A DNA stretch of 17,909 nt from Mycolicibacterium xanthum (GTDB lineage: Bacteria > Actinomycetota > Actinomycetes > Mycobacteriales > Mycobacteriaceae): NCBI RefSeq assembly GCF_019710635.1, contig NZ_JAIFZS010000041.1, forward strand, positions 1-17,909, in the 5' to 3' direction. Positions 16,630 through 17,909 of this stretch are shown piece by piece. The first letter of the stretch is position 1, and every line of letters starts with the position of its first letter. The notes under the pieces were generated by a model that was not told where the DNA came from, ran no database searches, and saw only the letters and a program-made list of their open reading frames with translations. Both the position numbers and the translations under genes were made by a program.

Positions 16630-16689
16630 AGGTTCGGCATGTCGGCCAGCTTAGGACGACCGGACACCGAGGTAGTACCGGAGCCGGTC
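16630..16689 (+). repeat. Right copy of the imperfect direct repeat flanking the methyltransferase/HgcAB-like pair
   Basis: See 14655..14715. On the minus strand this copy retains ATG CCG AAC CTT (MPNL), parallel to the left copy's ATA CCG AAC CTC (IPNL). Confidence 0.6.
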
Positions 16690-17003
16690 TACGGGACCCC
16701 AGCAGCTACCGGTTGGCCATCATGGCCTGCTGCTGATCGGGCAGCACCCCGGCCAGCGGCGCCAAGGCGTTGTCGGTGAGCAGCTTGCCGAGCCCTGACC
16801 GACCGCAAGGTGCTGGACTGCCGGGTCCTATTCGGCGCCCAGAGTCGATGACTTCCGGCCCCGGCCGTGGCTGCCGCGAGTCTGTGACCCTCAGACGGCC
16901 CCGTCCCCTATCCCGAAACGAACTTCGTGATGATCATCGAGACGAAAAGATGGACAAGAACATGATGTAGTGACAACGGTCCACCAAGGGGCGAAAACGG
17001 GAA

Positions 17004-17909
17004 ATGGCTGCTGAATACTCTCTTGTCATCAACAAGGGTCGGGTGATGGACCCTGAGACCAATTTCGACGGCATCCGGAATGTCGGTATCGAGGACGGCA
17101 GGATCGCCGCCATCACGACGAAGAAGATCACCGGCGAGGAGACCGTTGACGCCGAGGGGATGGTGGTGGCCCCGGGCTTCATCGACACCCATTGGCACTA
17201 CCACCGGCCCTGGTCCAACAAACTCGCCCTGCGTGATGGACGGACCACCGTCCTGGACTTGGAACTCGGCACCCACGGTCCCTACATCGATGAGTGGTAT
17301 CGGGAGCGGAAAGGGAACTCCCAGTTGAACTACGGCCAAGCCGTCGCCCACGAGTTCGCCCGTTCCGAGGTGCTGGATGGTTTCACCGGAGCCCAGGACG
17401 TCCCCTCGGCGATCAAGAGCCGCGCCGTGGGAACGGGGTGGTCGATGAAACGCCCAAACCTCGAGGAGGGCAACAGGATTCTCCAACTGATCGATGAAGG
17501 ATTGCAGGCCGGTGGGCTCGGTATCGGCTCCACGCTCGGCTATATGCGCGACGGCGTATCCGCCCGCGAGTTCTTCGAGGTACAAAAACTTGCCGGTCTC
17601 TATGGTCGGCAGACCGCTGCCCACTTTCGTTATACGCCCGGGACAGAGGTCACCGAATCCAACGGTATCCAGGAATTGCTGGCGAATGCGGCAGCCCTGG
17701 GCGCTCCGGCCATGGCCTGTCACTTCAACAATCCGGGCTACAACCTGGTGCATGAGCTGCTGGCCCGAATGAGGGAGCGCGGCATGAACGTCTGGGGTGA
17801 GATCTACCCCTACGCCGCCGGGTCGACGGCCCTCAACGCCGTCTTCCTGGAACCGGAGATGTGGGTCGAGACTCTCGGCCACCGGTACGAGGACACGATC
17901 CAGGACGTG
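17004..17909 (+). CDS. Amidohydrolase family protein, divergent N-acyl-D-amino-acid deacylase (D-aminoacylase)-like; 3' end beyond the window
   Basis: Open frame from the ATG at 17004 to the window edge: MAAEYSLVINKGRVMDPETNFDGIRNVGIEDGRIAAIT...VDAEGMVVAPGFIDTHWHYHRP...GLQAGGLGIGSTLGYMRDG...ACHFNNPG. Confidence 0.85.
   Translation, partial: MAAEYSLVINKGRVMDPETNFDGIRNVGIEDGRIAAITTKKITGEETVDAEGMVVAPGFIDTHWHYHRPWSNKLALRDGRTTVLDLELGTHGPYIDEWYRERKGNSQLNYGQAVAHEFARSEVLDGFTGAQDVPSAIKSRAVGTGWSMKRPNLEEGNRILQLIDEGLQAGGLGIGSTLGYMRDGVSAREFFEVQKLAGLYGRQTAAHFRYTPGTEVTESNGIQELLANAAALGAPAMACHFNNPGYNLVHELLARMRERGMNVWGEIYPYAAGSTALNAVFLEPEMWVETLGHRYEDTIQDV

Noticed and set aside
1-17909. tRNA, rRNA, CRISPR arrays, transposase or integrase genes
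   Set aside because: No regularly spaced repeats, rRNA-like segments or recombinase motifs were recognised by reading; tRNAscan/Infernal and ISfinder were not available.

Overview
GC-rich, probably actinobacterial window. It encodes, left to right: a P-type cation ATPase followed by a PPK2 polyphosphate kinase (minus strand); an Ntn-type linear amide C-N hydrolase and an M20/AbgB-like amidohydrolase (minus); an amidohydrolase-3 protein overlapping a CobW/G3E GTPase, then a TRIC/UPF0126 membrane protein (plus); an AraC-type regulator (minus); a frameshifted MBL-fold hydrolase overlapping a second CobW/G3E GTPase (plus); a SAM methyltransferase overlapping an HgcA-like corrinoid protein fused to an HgcB-like ferredoxin domain (plus); and a truncated divergent D-aminoacylase-like amidohydrolase (plus). 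Main points of interest: (1) the methyltransferase + HgcAB-like fusion pair, with variant cap-helix and Fe-S motifs, flanked by imperfect direct repeats derived from the 5' end of an HhH-GPD-like gene; (2) two parallel metallohydrolase + G3E GTPase modules coupled by overlapping stop/start codons in an amide-hydrolase-rich locus; (3) a perfect 20-bp tandem duplication that throws the PPK2 N-terminus out of frame and creates an ATGA-coupled leader ORF; (4) a P2-like ATPase lacking the canonical acidic ion-binding residues. No tRNA, rRNA, CRISPR or transposase was identified. All family calls come from reading motifs; no database search was run.
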